Of a stretch of DNA of 64,000 nt, positions 12,310 through 25,324 are shown piece after piece. The stretch is taken from NCBI GenBank assembly GCA_951406725.2, contig OX597820.1, forward strand, positions 31,000,001 through 31,064,000, written 5' to 3'. Each line of letters starts with the position of its first letter. Within the stretch, counting starts at the first letter, position 1. The position numbers and the translations under genes were made by a program. Source of the DNA: Octopus vulgaris. Its lineage: Eukaryota. The notes under the pieces are model-generated. The model did no database searches. It saw nothing but the letters and a program-made list of their open reading frames with translations, and was not told the DNA's origin.

Positions 12310-13710
12310 TTATTCCCAAGGTCACAGTTGGTACACCAATGTTTGTTAAATCAAATCCCTGCTCCCTTACCCCACCCACTTTTATGGTAGTTCCTTTAAT
12401 GTTTACTAAATCAATCACACCATATCTGCCCAACTAATTTTCATTAAATTGAATATCCCTTCCTGTTATCCTAGGGTCACATCCAGTGTTCCTTTTAAGC
12501 TGTGCGTTTGTGCATGTGAACATTCAAGGATTTCAAGATGAAATCAATTTTTCTTTATCATTGAAGAAATTTTGATAAAATGGCTATGCACATGGACTGA
12601 GCACATACTTTGCAAAGAAGACAATTTGCAAACAATGCAAATTTCTGTGTACATCTACAGCAGAATCATTAGAGGGAACATTGATTATATCCACTCTGTT
12701 GATGTTTATCAAATTAACTATACACCCCCATTAACCAAAAGCCAAATCTATTTCACTAACTTGTTTTTAATTTGCATACCCTTCACATTACCCTCAGGGT
12801 CATATCCCTTCCATCAATATTTACTCAAGTACCATACCATTATCTCCAGGGTCGGATCCACTTGGCCAATGTTTATTAAACAGACTACCCATTTCCTATT
12901 AACCCTACAGTGGTTTGTCCATGTCTGCAGGATGAATGCTGGAAAATGCAGGGCACCAAAGAAGATATGGGTGAAATAAATTGGGGAAGACCTAAAGTCA
13001 CAGCACCTTGACCTCAAGCATGCTAAGGCCAGCACCATGGCTTGGAAAGCATCAGCACCAAAGCCCATCATCCAGCAGCATCCACAGTAGTGTACTGGTT
13101 GAGAGGACAGCCTCTCCTTCTGGTCACCAGCTAGGGAATAAAGAAGAACCTTCAAGCCACATCTGCACTGCCAGTCTTTTATTAAGGAACCTCTCCCAAT
13201 GTCCTGTGGGTCACATCTACTCCACCAGCATTTATCAAATCTACTATTTTCTCTCATTAACTTCAGGAGCCACACCTACTTGGCCAATGTTTATTAATCC
13301 TTTGCTTGTTGTGTGTACCACATGAGGTGATACACAAGACATGTTTCCTTGCCATTCATCATATATGATGTACATTCTCAATTTTTTTCAACCATTAGAG
13401 TAACTTAGGACTAATGAGAGAAATGAAAGCTTTATAATAGAATGTATGAAACAAAGGCTAACTAAAAGTCTGAAAACAGCCATGGACATTTAGAACAAAT
13501 TTATGAAAATGTTTTGGACAGGCAATGGTTTAAACTGACTACTCCCTTCTCCACTTAATAAAAATCAGGTCTACCGCGCCAATGTTTAATTAAATTAGGT
13601 ATCTCTTCTCGTTATCTCAAGAGTCACATCTACTTTGTCAACATTTATTAAATTGGCTACTCTTTACTATTAACCAAAGAGTCACATCTTCTCTGTCAAT
13701 GTTAATCAAG
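12310..13710. repeat. Old degenerate tandem repeat of about 55-60 bp, interrupted by insertions
   Basis: Recurring ggtcacatctacttggccaatgtttattaaa...tacccttcct.tta.cc units at about 12320, 12470, 12690-12905, 13160-13300 and 13520-13710. Confidence 0.65.
12484..12683. mobile_element. hAT (Tip100-like) MITE
   Basis: TIRs cagtgttccttttaa / ttagagggaacattg. Decayed 8-bp TSD gtcacatc / attatatc. Confidence 0.7.
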
Positions 13711-14193
13711 TGCTTTGGTTAGAGAAATTAGTAAATGTTATTAGTATGTTTAGCACATTCAGTCAAGAAGCGAGTAAGTAAGGGTAATAAGTTCATGGTT
13801 GAAGCAGGGGAAGGTAGCGAGAATTGTGGGGAAGTAATTTCATTTTGGCATTCTTTTACATCGTTGTCTCACCTTTGCAGAAAATTTTTATCTTCTTACC
13901 TGAATTCATTAAAAAGCTACATGTTAAAAACAAAATAGTTCCGCATACACATAAACACAAAACACACATGTATCAAATATATTTATGATTCCATTTAGTC
14001 ATAGTGATACCAATAACCAGTTGTTAGAACTCAATACACTCATACTTCACAGTATTAGTAGAGTCTGGCAGCAAAGTGTAAATTGTTAGGTGGTCCCAAC
14101 TCTGGATGCTTGTATGAACCAGCAGATCAGTACAGAGTGTTATATTAATTAATAAATGAAAGACAAAAGAACAGTTGTGTAATCACTTTCATT

Positions 14194-14274
14194 AGCTTAC
14201 AGCTGTTTCTGCTGTAAGGAACTGTGCACCTAGAGTTAAGTGCCAGTGTAACCTCTTATGGCTTTCTCAAAGCT
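14194..14274 (-). ncRNA. Degenerate hammerhead-like motif with palindromic stem III
   Basis: The minus strand reads agct-ttgagaa-long stem II-GAAACAGCTGTA-agct-aatgaaa. The 3' half is canonical and the 5' core is mutated. Confidence 0.45.
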
Positions 14275-14652
14275 GTTTCAATGAGGTCATATATACACAC
14301 ACATTGAGAATAACTTTTCTTTTAAACATGTACAGAATGTACAACTATATTTTACTTCTATTTTACTGTTGTTTTTTTCTTCTTCATATTTTTATACAAG
14401 TCCCCTACACTTTCTTCATTTGCAACAATAAAATTCCAAAATCAATCTTAACTGTCAATGCTTCCAGACTTTCACAGGCTTATCGTCAGAATGTAAATTG
14501 CTACTAGCATCTGTAACTGCCTCATTTCACGGTACGCAAATATGATTACTGTAGAATTTATCACTCAAATTTGTTTTAGAGATTTAGTTGTGTTAGCTGG
14601 TATTTGAAACTTCATTGTTACATTTACCCATAAGACACTTGTCTTTTTGTTT

Positions 14653-14709
<57 letters not shown>

Positions 14710-14721
14710 CCCTAGTGCTAA

Positions 14722-14792
14722 CTGCTGATGATTTATAGATGTTTATGTAAGTAAAATTACATATTATTTTAGTAATGAAACAATTTGTTCAG
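14722..14792 (+). ncRNA. Minimal type I hammerhead-like motif beside a (TA)n tract
   Basis: ctg-CTGATGA(14725-14731), stem II including tatgtaa/ttacata, GAAAC(14777-14781), aattt-GTT-cag. Confidence 0.55.
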
Positions 14793-15037
14793 GGTCAATC
14801 TATTTATTTGTTATATTTCACTTTCCTTCCGTTAAATGTATGTTATTTCTAATTGGAAACATCTTTTTCTGTGGCTATACTATCGGGGCTATTTTTAGCA
14901 CTAGAGTTATCCACATAGTGGTTAACTCTCTAATAATTTATGTATAAATTTGTATTTTCTCCGTAGTTTTTTGTGCTAAGCCACTCGGTGTTAAATTAAT
15001 GGTATTATTAAATTAATATCAATTTTTCACCCTCATT

Positions 15038-15088
<51 letters not shown>

Positions 15089-15318
15089 TGTCAGTGTATT
15101 AGTTTAGCATTGTGCTGTATTATGAGAGTAATGCATCTAATACTGTTTATTTCTATGGGTGTTTTTTTTATATAGTATACATACAAGCATGTGTATACAC
15201 ATATGCACACACTAACTCTCTCTTACATACTGTTCTGCTCTTAGTCCACAATTGATAAAGGTAGATCATAAGTACTTATTCTTGTGTTTCTCCTTGTTTT
15301 GCTTTCTGTATAATCTAT

Positions 15319-15356
<38 letters not shown>

Positions 15357-17382
15357 TTGTCTCATGATCAACCAGACTATCAGATGTTGTACACTTCTAG
15401 TCACAATGTGCTTTGCTCAGGAAAAACAATGCACTGCTTGGGTCTGGAATTGAACCCTTGATCTAGTGATCATGAGTGCAACACCCTCATATGATAGACA
15501 GATAGATAGGTGCAGGCACATTTAAGAAGTTCACCTTCCAGCCATGTGATTTTGGATTCAGTCCTATGGCATATCAATCTGGGCAAGCGTCTTCTACTAT
15601 AGTACTAGGCTGACCAAAGCCTTGTGAATGCATTTGGTAGATGGAAATTACAATGAGGCCAGCATATATATGTATTTATGCGTGTAGTGTGTATCTGTTT
15701 ACATCTTCATTCATTTGGGTGATGCTTGTCCATCAACAAAGTGTCTGGGCATTTCAGACCTTTGAAAGCATTTGGAATAAGTGATCTATAGTTTGATGAG
15801 TAAGAGCTAACACCAGGAAGAGATATCTGGCTGTAAATTAATGTCTCAAATAGCGTATTCACTAACCCAAGCAAGCATGGTAAAATAGATGTAAAAAAAT
15901 GAATATATATATATGAAAGCCTGCTTAAATTACATTGGCATAAAATAGGTAGTAAAAGTCATGGTAAAAAAAAAATAAAAGCTTCGTTCTTTATAAAAGT
16001 ACATATAATATTTATAAGGATAATATAGAGAGGAGCAAAGCCTAAATGATGAAGGTGGTGGTATCACAGTTCAAATGAAGGAAGTGCTTGTTATATATAG
16101 ATAGAAAGAGCAAGAGAGTTGACACACGGCTCACAATAGCTATGTAGCCCAAGAACAATGTATTCCTTGATGATGTTAATGGAAATTAAGAGCAAGTGGT
16201 GTTGAGAAACACAAGATGAAGGAAATAAGGAGAGAGAGAGAAGTAGGCTAGGCTGAAGGAGAGAGTGAAAGAAATAAAATGAATGAAAGCAATAAGGAGA
16301 GCTGGAGAGAGAGAATGAAAGGGTACTGGAAATGTGAACATTGCGAATGAACATCTAAGCCAAGTGGTTTTGCTGAGATGAATGCTCTTATATCTATACT
16401 GATGAAGTTCTTGTTCACCATCCCATTCAGACAGTGAAATCAAGGATCTTAACAGATATGCACTGGATTAAAAGGGAGAACACATATACTGAGATCAACA
16501 AGAAATTGTTAAATGTCTAAACTACTTTCTTCTCATGCTTTTGAATTTAAGAAACAAAGAGAATGATAGAAATAGCAGTTTAGCAAACCAAAACCTTAAC
16601 GAAACAATAGTGTAAAGATAGGAATAATAATGTTGCAAACCAAAACTTAAAACAAGAAACAGCAGTTTAGGGAACTAAAAACCCTTAATGAAATAAGAGT
16701 GTAATGAAAGACATAGTAACAGAAGAAAAGGAATATTAGAGAGAGCTGTACAGTCTGTTTGTAAAGTACAGATATGAAGTACCTACAATAATAGATGGAC
16801 AAAGAAAAAAAAAAGCTATATTAAATTATAAGTGTTTTAACGGGACCCTCAGTCACTGGGTCTCAGAAAGACTGTTATAGGGAAAAGAAAACATTTGGTG
16901 CAATACATAACAATGTTTGGTGGTTATTATGCGTGTATGAAAAAGAGATAGGTCTAGTCAAAGGGTTAAGAACTTCACTCTGCAATCATGAGGCCCCGAG
17001 TTCAATCTCCACAGTGCGGCACCTTGAGAAAAATGTCTACCATTGCTTTGAGTTGATCCAGGTTTTATGAGTGAAGTTGGGTTAGAAGGAAGCTGTGTGG
17101 AAGCCAGCTGAAAGATTATGCTAATGGTACATGTATCTGTGGAAGAATCAGACACTTGCACTGATGCAACGAAATGTGTCGGGGGAGTAGTCTCACTTGT
17201 ATAAAACACACACACAAAGCCTTGTTGCTTTTTATTACACTGATTCTGCCCTAAGGATTATATGAAGTTTACAAATGTCAGAGAGATACTCAGCTACTTA
17301 TACTATTAGCCAGAATGGACACTAGTTGTTAATTCAAAGGGTCAGTTAGCCTTGTCACACTGTTCTACCTGAGGGCTACACT

Positions 17383-17598
17383 AAATCTTTAGCATTTAAA
17401 CCAGCCAAAATATTTGCCTTGTTTTATGTTAGAACTGACCAGATCCAGCCTCTCTTACCTACCCTACAATGTCATTTTAAAAATAAACAATCACATCACT
17501 GAAATCTTGAAGTTACAACACAATGTATGATGTATTCAAAACAGTGTGAATAAACAAGCATTACATCCAACAGAATAATCTGAATGCTAAAGGGCTAA
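17383..17598. mobile_element. MITE family D, inverted copy
   Basis: Reverse complement of the 5488-5710 element. Ends in tgaatgctaaagggctaa. Confidence 0.75.
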
Positions 17599-18619
17599 TA
17601 GTATAAATGCCCAAAGAATGCTTTGCCACTTACATTGTAACACAATGTCTGTGAAGTTTCATTGATTTGAATACTGGAGGATACAGTGTTTGTGAAAACA
17701 CACTAGAGTTCATCATAATATTTGATAGAGAGGGAGAGAGAGAGAGAAGGTGGAGGGGCTTCTATTAAATCAGGAAGAAAATACATGAAATGGGGTTACA
17801 CCATAGGAAAATGGCCACCAGTCGATAAAAAAAGCAGTGTATACACAACTAAAATGATAAAATGATAGTTATGTAACCCACAAATGCATTAATGAACTCA
17901 TTGCCCACAATCAATACAGTCAAACCAATCAATCAACACAGTTATGCACATACTGTATATAGTCATTTATGTACAAGCTATACAAATCTATGCAGTCCAG
18001 TTTCAGTGAATATGAATTAATAACTAGTTTCATAAGCTATGAAACAAGCACTTAAGGCCTAATCATCACATGTAGACATGCACATAATGGACATAAAGTA
18101 TGCCACATTTAAATCTAATTCTGTAAAGTTATGCGTGTACATATATACACACACTCACACATATATATAGACATTATCAACCACACATACTTAACATATA
18201 TGCTTTTTGTATTTGCTGGCGCTTTGAGAGAGTAACCTCCACCATGCCAAATTGCAGCTTACTGGCCATATGGTTGATAATGTTTAATACACTAGCACTG
18301 CTTCTATTTCATATTTGAACACACACACACATACACACAAAATAAAATTGAATGAAATGAATGCATTAAGGTTATATGATGTGCTTCATTCCATTAAACT
18401 TAAATTTACTTCACTAAGATAAAAAAAATTCAACTGACTCCAAGCAAACAAAATAATTCTCTCCCTCACAACAGAAAGTCACAACCAATAAACTAAGCTT
18501 TTAAATGAAATTTGCAATAAAGAGAACATAACATATATTTGATTGGTTGAGCTAAATCAGATTCTTTATTCTTTTACAGATTTAAATTACTGAACTACAG
18601 ACATATTGGATATGACCTT

Positions 18620-18838
18620 TATCTCTTTAACATTCACATTCTGTGAAAAGTAATGCTTATTTCTTTACATTGTTTTGAAGTAATCATGCATTATCATTTA
18701 GCTTTGAGATTTTGATGAGGTGACTTACTTTTTAGAATGATATTGTAAGATTGGTGTGAGAGGCCTGATCTGGTCAGTTTGAACATAAAATGAGTAGAAT
18801 GTTTCGGCCGGATATAGTTACTTTAAATGTTAAAGGAT
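18620..18838. mobile_element. MITE family D copy
   Basis: Colinear with 5488-5710 (taatcatgcatt, tttagaatga, gtgtgagaggcc). Confidence 0.75.
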
Positions 18839-19455
18839 TTTTTTTTTTACTCAATTATATTCTCCCTATCCACTCTGATGGAACAGGATAAAACACAAAG
18901 TTAACCAAATCTTCAAATACAAGAAATTTTCATTCACACCAATTTTTGCAATCATGTGCACACACACATATATATATATGTATATAGCAGGCTTTCATCT
19001 ACCAAACTTTCACTTAAAAGGCTTTGATCAACTGGAAGCTTTCATAAAAGACCTACAGTCAAGGTGCAGCACAGTAAGATCTAGCCAAGAACCATGTGTT
19101 TGCAAAGTGAATCTTCCCAATCACCATTCCTGCACTTATTTAATAATGATGACGAATAAAATATAAAAAAAGCTCCCATTCCAATGAGAAACCTTCCACC
19201 ATGATTTTATTTGAAAATATTTTGTAAAGTTACCAACACCAAATTAATAAATGCAAGGAAAAAAAGTTTTTTTTTATAAAGTCCCTCCAAATTTTTAATT
19301 GCTTCAAAATTAACTGAAACCCATAAGCAGTGAATTTCTAAAGAAATATGGCAATGGAAGCTTTAAGATATGAAACAGAAGCAAACTGAACAACGGATTG
19401 TGAAAGAAATTGGGATTGCAACTTAATAACTGACCAGCTCCAGAAGATGTCACTT

Positions 19456-19525
<70 letters not shown>

Positions 19526-21548
19526 TTCACATCAGAAAATCAGTAGCTTGTAGCAAACACAAATATAGAAAGTGTTTGAAAGGTGAGACAGTTAATTTGT
19601 TGTATTGGACTTTTTTTAAGCTGAAGGAAAGAAATTTGAATGTCACATAGAACGACATGACTATTTCATAAAGAATAAATGGAATTTTCAAGAGAAATGG
19701 AAAATAGATGAAGAAAACAAACAACAATAAACTTCAAAATGAAGAAACGACAACAGCAATAATATCTATAACTAAGAAAAGAACATTAAATTAAATACTG
19801 GCAGAACAGACGGAAAAACAAAACAATAATAATAATAATAATAGTATTAATAATAATAGTGAGATTGCATCATATTAATTTTTGAAATTGAACAAGGAAA
19901 TAAATCTGACAGACTTTCACCAAACAACAGAAATCTATTAAGAAAAAAAAATTTTTTTTTTTAAAGAATATAAGAAATATAAGAATACAAATGTAAACAA
20001 TATTTCCTAAGAGATGAATTCTGTGTTACTGATACAAGAATGGAGAAAAAAAAAAATCAATATAGAATATTATTTCAAATGCAGTGGAACCAAACAACCA
20101 AAAATTCTGAAATACATTTGATAGAATTTCTTAAGATTTAATTCTACAGATGCAGTATTTGGATACATTGTCGATGTTGTAACCCGAGGTCACAAGGTTT
20201 TGGGCCTTACAAACAAGCTAATTAATCAAGCTTAAACCTGTGTCCTAGAGGCATTCTACTGACCACACAAATCATCTCTTTTCAACAGCCTCTATATTAT
20301 TCTTATTCTTAATGGGTCTTCTGTTCATTTTTGTAATACTTTGGGTTCCATAGGTTTTACTCGGGGAATGACAGGCGAACAACCCTTAATTGTCAGACTT
20401 CACTGGTAAACACCCACTAATTCCTGATACTCAGCACTCTTCGTTTCTTTTGGTGGCAGTGATGATATCATTTTTATAACACAGAAACTGGGAAAACTTA
20501 TGTATTGTTAACTGTTTAGCCCTAGGTTATCCTTTATCAAACACAAGTATGGTCAAAGTAATTCCAGCCTTGACCACATATGCATGTAGATTAAAGTATA
20601 ATTTAAAAAACATCACCAAAGTTTGTGGGTATTTCTTCCATATATGCAATAAAGACAGTCACTGCACCTGTGTGTACATATATTTTTACCTGACATTTTG
20701 TACAAGAGCTACATTATGTTATGCAGTGCTTCTGAAACTATTTTAACTATCAGCCTTTTTTTTTTTTTTTTTTACTAATGCAGTTTAATGTTGCCTCCCA
20801 GCCATTTCTAATGTACATGTAATATCTGGCCAGAACAATTTAATTCCAGGATTTAATTTCACGCCGATAACTAATTACCATGGCACCGCCTTACTGAGTT
20901 TCATATATATCTCCACAGCTACCAGTTGAAATTCATGCTTATAATCTGATTTATAGCTGTATTTTCTATATGTTCACACACATTACTTTCTCTGTCCATC
21001 TGTGAGTTTATACATCTCTATACATATGGCTAAATTATGAGATTAACAGACGACACAATTAAAAATTAATAGCACATAAGCATGTACAATATGTGTATAC
21101 ACAGGACATAACCTAATGCAACAGGTGCAGTGGCTGGCTTTATTGTATGTATGAAAGAAATACTCACAAATTTTAGCAATGTATTTTAAATTATACTTTA
21201 ATCTACATATTAGCTTATATTTATTATTTACCTTCTGGGGCCTAATATTGATGCCATTGTTGTGATTGCGGCTTACAAACAGTTTATCATATTACATTAA
21301 AACTTTATTTAAATATTTAAATAGCAAGCAATGATTTAAAAACTGTACAGATGCATCAATTCCTTCACATCCTCAACCTTCTTGACCTCCAGTGCTCTCA
21401 TAAGATTTCTCACCCTACTTCCAGGGGTTGGTACCATTCAATTTGATAAGCACTGGTACATATGTTGGTGTCAACCATCTGAAATCTCACTATATATAAT
21501 TTATCTTATTGCGAGATTGTGAGCAAGGTTTTAATTTAATATTACTCC

Positions 21549-21745
21549 TATTAACAGTTATCGCCAAGCTAATATGGCAGTCCATAAATATAAGACGAAA
21601 GCTGCCATTGATTAGCTCCAAGAGGCCATCGCCTCTAGCTAGCTATATGATACACGAACCTGAGTCCATTATAACCTTTGAACAGGGGAGGTCAGTCGCT
21701 TCCTCTTGCTGGACTGCCATATTAGCTTGGTGATAATTGTTAATA
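21549..21745. mobile_element. MITE with 36-bp terminal inverted repeats
   Basis: tattaacagttatcgccaagctaatatggcagtcca (21549-21584) versus tggactgccatattagcttggtgataattgttaata (21710-21745), 2 mismatches. Confidence 0.8.
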
Positions 21746-23622
21746 TCCAGTACCGCTGCCGTAGTCTCCTTTAGAGAGACTTAGAAATAAAAATATTTCT
21801 ATTACTACTATTTTTTTCTTTAATATTCATTTTCTATATTGCCATGAATTTGATGGCAATAATGCAATTTCAGAGAATTTCTATGGAAGTGGACTGGAAC
21901 AGTATGCAAAATATCATCATGGGACAAGGTGCATGAAAATAATTTGGTTGAATGGTACTGCAGAAGAAGAATACATACATAATATATATAAACACACACA
22001 CATGAGAAAAAAAGTATAAAGCTAAATTTATATATTGAACAGAAATCACAACAACACTAACCACTACTATTACAACATCAACAAACGAAAATGTTTTGTT
22101 TTTTTCAGGGCAGGTTCTAATCTACAAGACAGATGACAACAAGAGGCATAATGTGATGATCCACAGAACTTATACATAACAGGATGAGAGTGCTGGAGAG
22201 GAAGTGGCAGAATGCAGAATGGAACCAAACAAACAAAATAGAATAAATGTTAAAAAAAAAATCCAGTACTAACGAATAAAATCAAATAAAAATACAAAAT
22301 ATGAGTAACCCTCCCTGCTTCCCTGATCGTCCTGTAATATCATTTTGCCTAAATAATTTATTTCTTCTTTTCTGTAAAGTATATAAAGGAAATCAAGGAT
22401 ATTTCCAATGGATCAAAAATAACTGTGAGGATACAAAGAAATGTCTGCGCTGTATTTCTAACAGGTGGCATGGTAACCAGGTTAGGTTAAGCTGGGATGA
22501 TGGCTTGATAACAAGGATGTCTCACAATATATTTATATTAACACAGAACCCCTGAAGACAGATTACTTTTGTAGAGAGTTTATGAAAAAAGAGCGACAAG
22601 TTACAGATCTTTTTTAATCTTTTAGTCAGAGGGGTGGAGGCAGTACCCACGACCATTTACTGGGCTTCTGAGACTGGTGTACCCTGAAAATGGTGACTTG
22701 GACCAGCTTTTTGCAACAGAATGGGCTCTGTTGAAGATACCCAAGGTGACAGATCAAGTCCATCACACTAAGAAGTTAATTGCTTTTGGTCAAAGCTAAC
22801 TATTATGATTTTAGGAATGTGCATGCATGTACGCATGCATGTGAGGTGGGTCCAAAACTCTAGCTCTAGGCTAAGTAATAATTGATAATGAAAGTAAAGA
22901 ATCAACTGACCAGCCAATCGGCTAGCTATTCTGCTAATCAACCAACTAATCAGTCAATAAACAAATCAGCTAATCAGCAAACTGCTCAAATGGTTAATTA
23001 AGGCATCTGAGCAAAAACCAATATTACTATTTGAGTTATATATATATATATATATATATCTATAATGAATAACGCCAATAAAGAACAAGGGCCCAAAAAC
23101 AAAATAAAAACAAAATACCAAAAAGTAAACAGTACGCAAGTAAAACGTAACAGAAGTGGGAATGTAACAGAATAATGATACATGATGTTACAGAATAGTG
23201 TAACATGACAGTATATGTAACACTGCAGTGATTATATAACAAAGAAAATATCAACTATATTAACTGAACCAAAGGTACTAAAGTTACAGACATACACATG
23301 ATTATAGAATTTAAAAAAAAACAAACAAACAAAACAAACTATTCCTTCAGAAAAGAAAAATACCAAACTATCACAGACTAGAAATAATAATAATAATGAT
23401 GATGATGATGATGATGATGATAATCATGATGATGGTGACACCAGCAAGAGCAGAAAAAGTAGCAGCAGGGGGATGAGATCAGAGTGATAACAAAGATAAA
23501 GATGATGATGATAACAACAACAGCAGCAACAACAGCAGTGGCAGCAGCAGTAGTGGTGGTGGTGGTGGTGTTAGGGGGCAAGGGGCAATCAGATAGCCAG
23601 GGACGAGGGAAGGAGTACTTAC

Positions 23623-23702
23623 GTGGCTGATCAGATGCTGTCGGAATCCGAGTATGTGAACGCGAAAAGACATTTTTCAGCAACCGAGCCGTCTCAGTAA
23701 TC
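23623..23702 (-). CDS. ATP8A1: ATP8A-like tail exon ITETARLLKNVFSRSHTRIPTASDQP(H)
   Basis: ctttctgctgtttgccag acceptor, gtaagt donor, 80 nt (phase 2 to 1). Matches 'TE.A.LLKNVF' and is frame-compatible with both neighbouring exons. Confidence 0.92.
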
Positions 23703-24133
23703 CTGGCAAACAGCAGAAAGGTAGAAATGACAGTGGGACTCACAGTGGCGGTTGGCAACAATGAGCGGCACCAGACAGACAGGTAGATAGATTGATATAT
23801 AAACAGAGAGGGATAGACACGGAGAGAAAGAGAAAATGCAACATCATTATATATATATGTATATATATATATGTATATATATATATACACACACCTGGAA
23901 TCAGTAAAATCATAAAGAGAATACATATTATAGTCATATACTAGAGAAAAATGGGATACATTCAGGTATATAAGTATGTGTGCATGTGTATGTAAGTGTG
24001 TGTGTGAGAGTGTATGGAAATGAAAAAGAGATGTAAGAGAGTCAAATGATAACGAAAGCAAGTTTAGGAGTCCATGTCACTGAGATGATACTAGAAGCTG
24101 GAAGAGATAGGTAAATAAATATACAATTGAGAT

Positions 24134-24174
24134 AATGTCAAATATTTTGTTACTGTAACAAAATATTTGACATT
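24134..24174. repeat. Perfect 41-bp palindrome (20-bp arms, 1-nt spacer)
   Basis: aatgtcaaatattttgttac-t-gtaacaaaatatttgacatt. Confidence 0.95.
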
Positions 24175-25324
24175 TTGTTGCTTGGGGATATATCTATAAT
24201 ATAAATTGGACATGGGCGATCGTTGTATTCTTTCTTGTCTTGAGGTTCACAGCCAAACGGCTGGGTGGATTTGCGTGGAAAAATGGCACACATGTGGAGA
24301 CGGGTGCATAGATTGGAATGCAGCTTGTATTTTTTTCCTACTTATATATATATATATAAGGCAAGGTGTGCCAGTTGTCAAGGAAGTCGAGGATAATTGA
24401 TGCAAGTTATCCATGTATATTATTAACCAAGATCCATATCTCCATTCCTCAGGATTAAAAGACAAAAATAGTAAAACTTTGGACATTTTTGTACTTTTAC
24501 CATCTCTCTATACACACCTGCACAATCTGTATATACACATGCATGTATACGCACACAAACACACACATATGCATACAGACGTGTGTTTGTGTGTATATGT
24601 ATATATAAACACACACACATTACACAATGTATATGCACATACATATGCATACCCTCACATGTATATAAATTCATACACACACACACATGTATATACAGGA
24701 ATGCACACACATATATACTTGCACATATATGCATGCATACACCTACAAAGATAAGTGTTATGCTTCTGAGCGAGTGAGAGAGAGAGAGACTGATAATGCA
24801 AATGAAGATCTAAGTATCACAAGTAGAAAAATTAGATGAAAAGTGGTTTAAGAGTGTAAAACTCTTTGAAAAAAAAAAAAAAAAAAGAAGAGATTGTACA
24901 ATTGTAGAGAATAGAAACATTGAAGTACTGACATGGAAATACAAATGAAAACATTAAAATATGTAGTGGACAGTATTAGCCTCTTACAAAGTGGCATGGA
25001 CAGAAGGGAGCTTTCTACAAAAGGAATGGCTGATGTACTTACTTTAGAGCCAATGCTAGGTTACTCTTTAATGATAATTTTCTTGTTTAATATCACCTAG
25101 TGTGAGTCTAGTATGTGTCAATTACTTTTCTCTTTGCAATATTGAAAGCTCCTCTACTCCTTGGTTCAAAATTAAATGTAGTACTCTCTGTAACATCAAC
25201 ATCCACACTCCGCAATGTCAACTACAGTGTTCCCTGCAGGGAACAGCTATAGGACTGTCCACAGAGAAAGGTACTAATTTACTGTTCCAGCTACAGAGTA
25301 TTACCAATAGCACTTCATGAGCTG

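Noticed and set aside
22105-22195. Two acceptor-like sites giving ...DQPH* or ...PLSSCYV* tails
   Set aside because: The readings are too short to distinguish from decoy acceptors, which are expected in long introns.
23378-24061. 227-aa ORF as a standalone gene
   Set aside because: Only 23623-23702 is homologous coding sequence. The remainder is intronic low-complexity sequence (the read-through is noted separately as a hypothesis).
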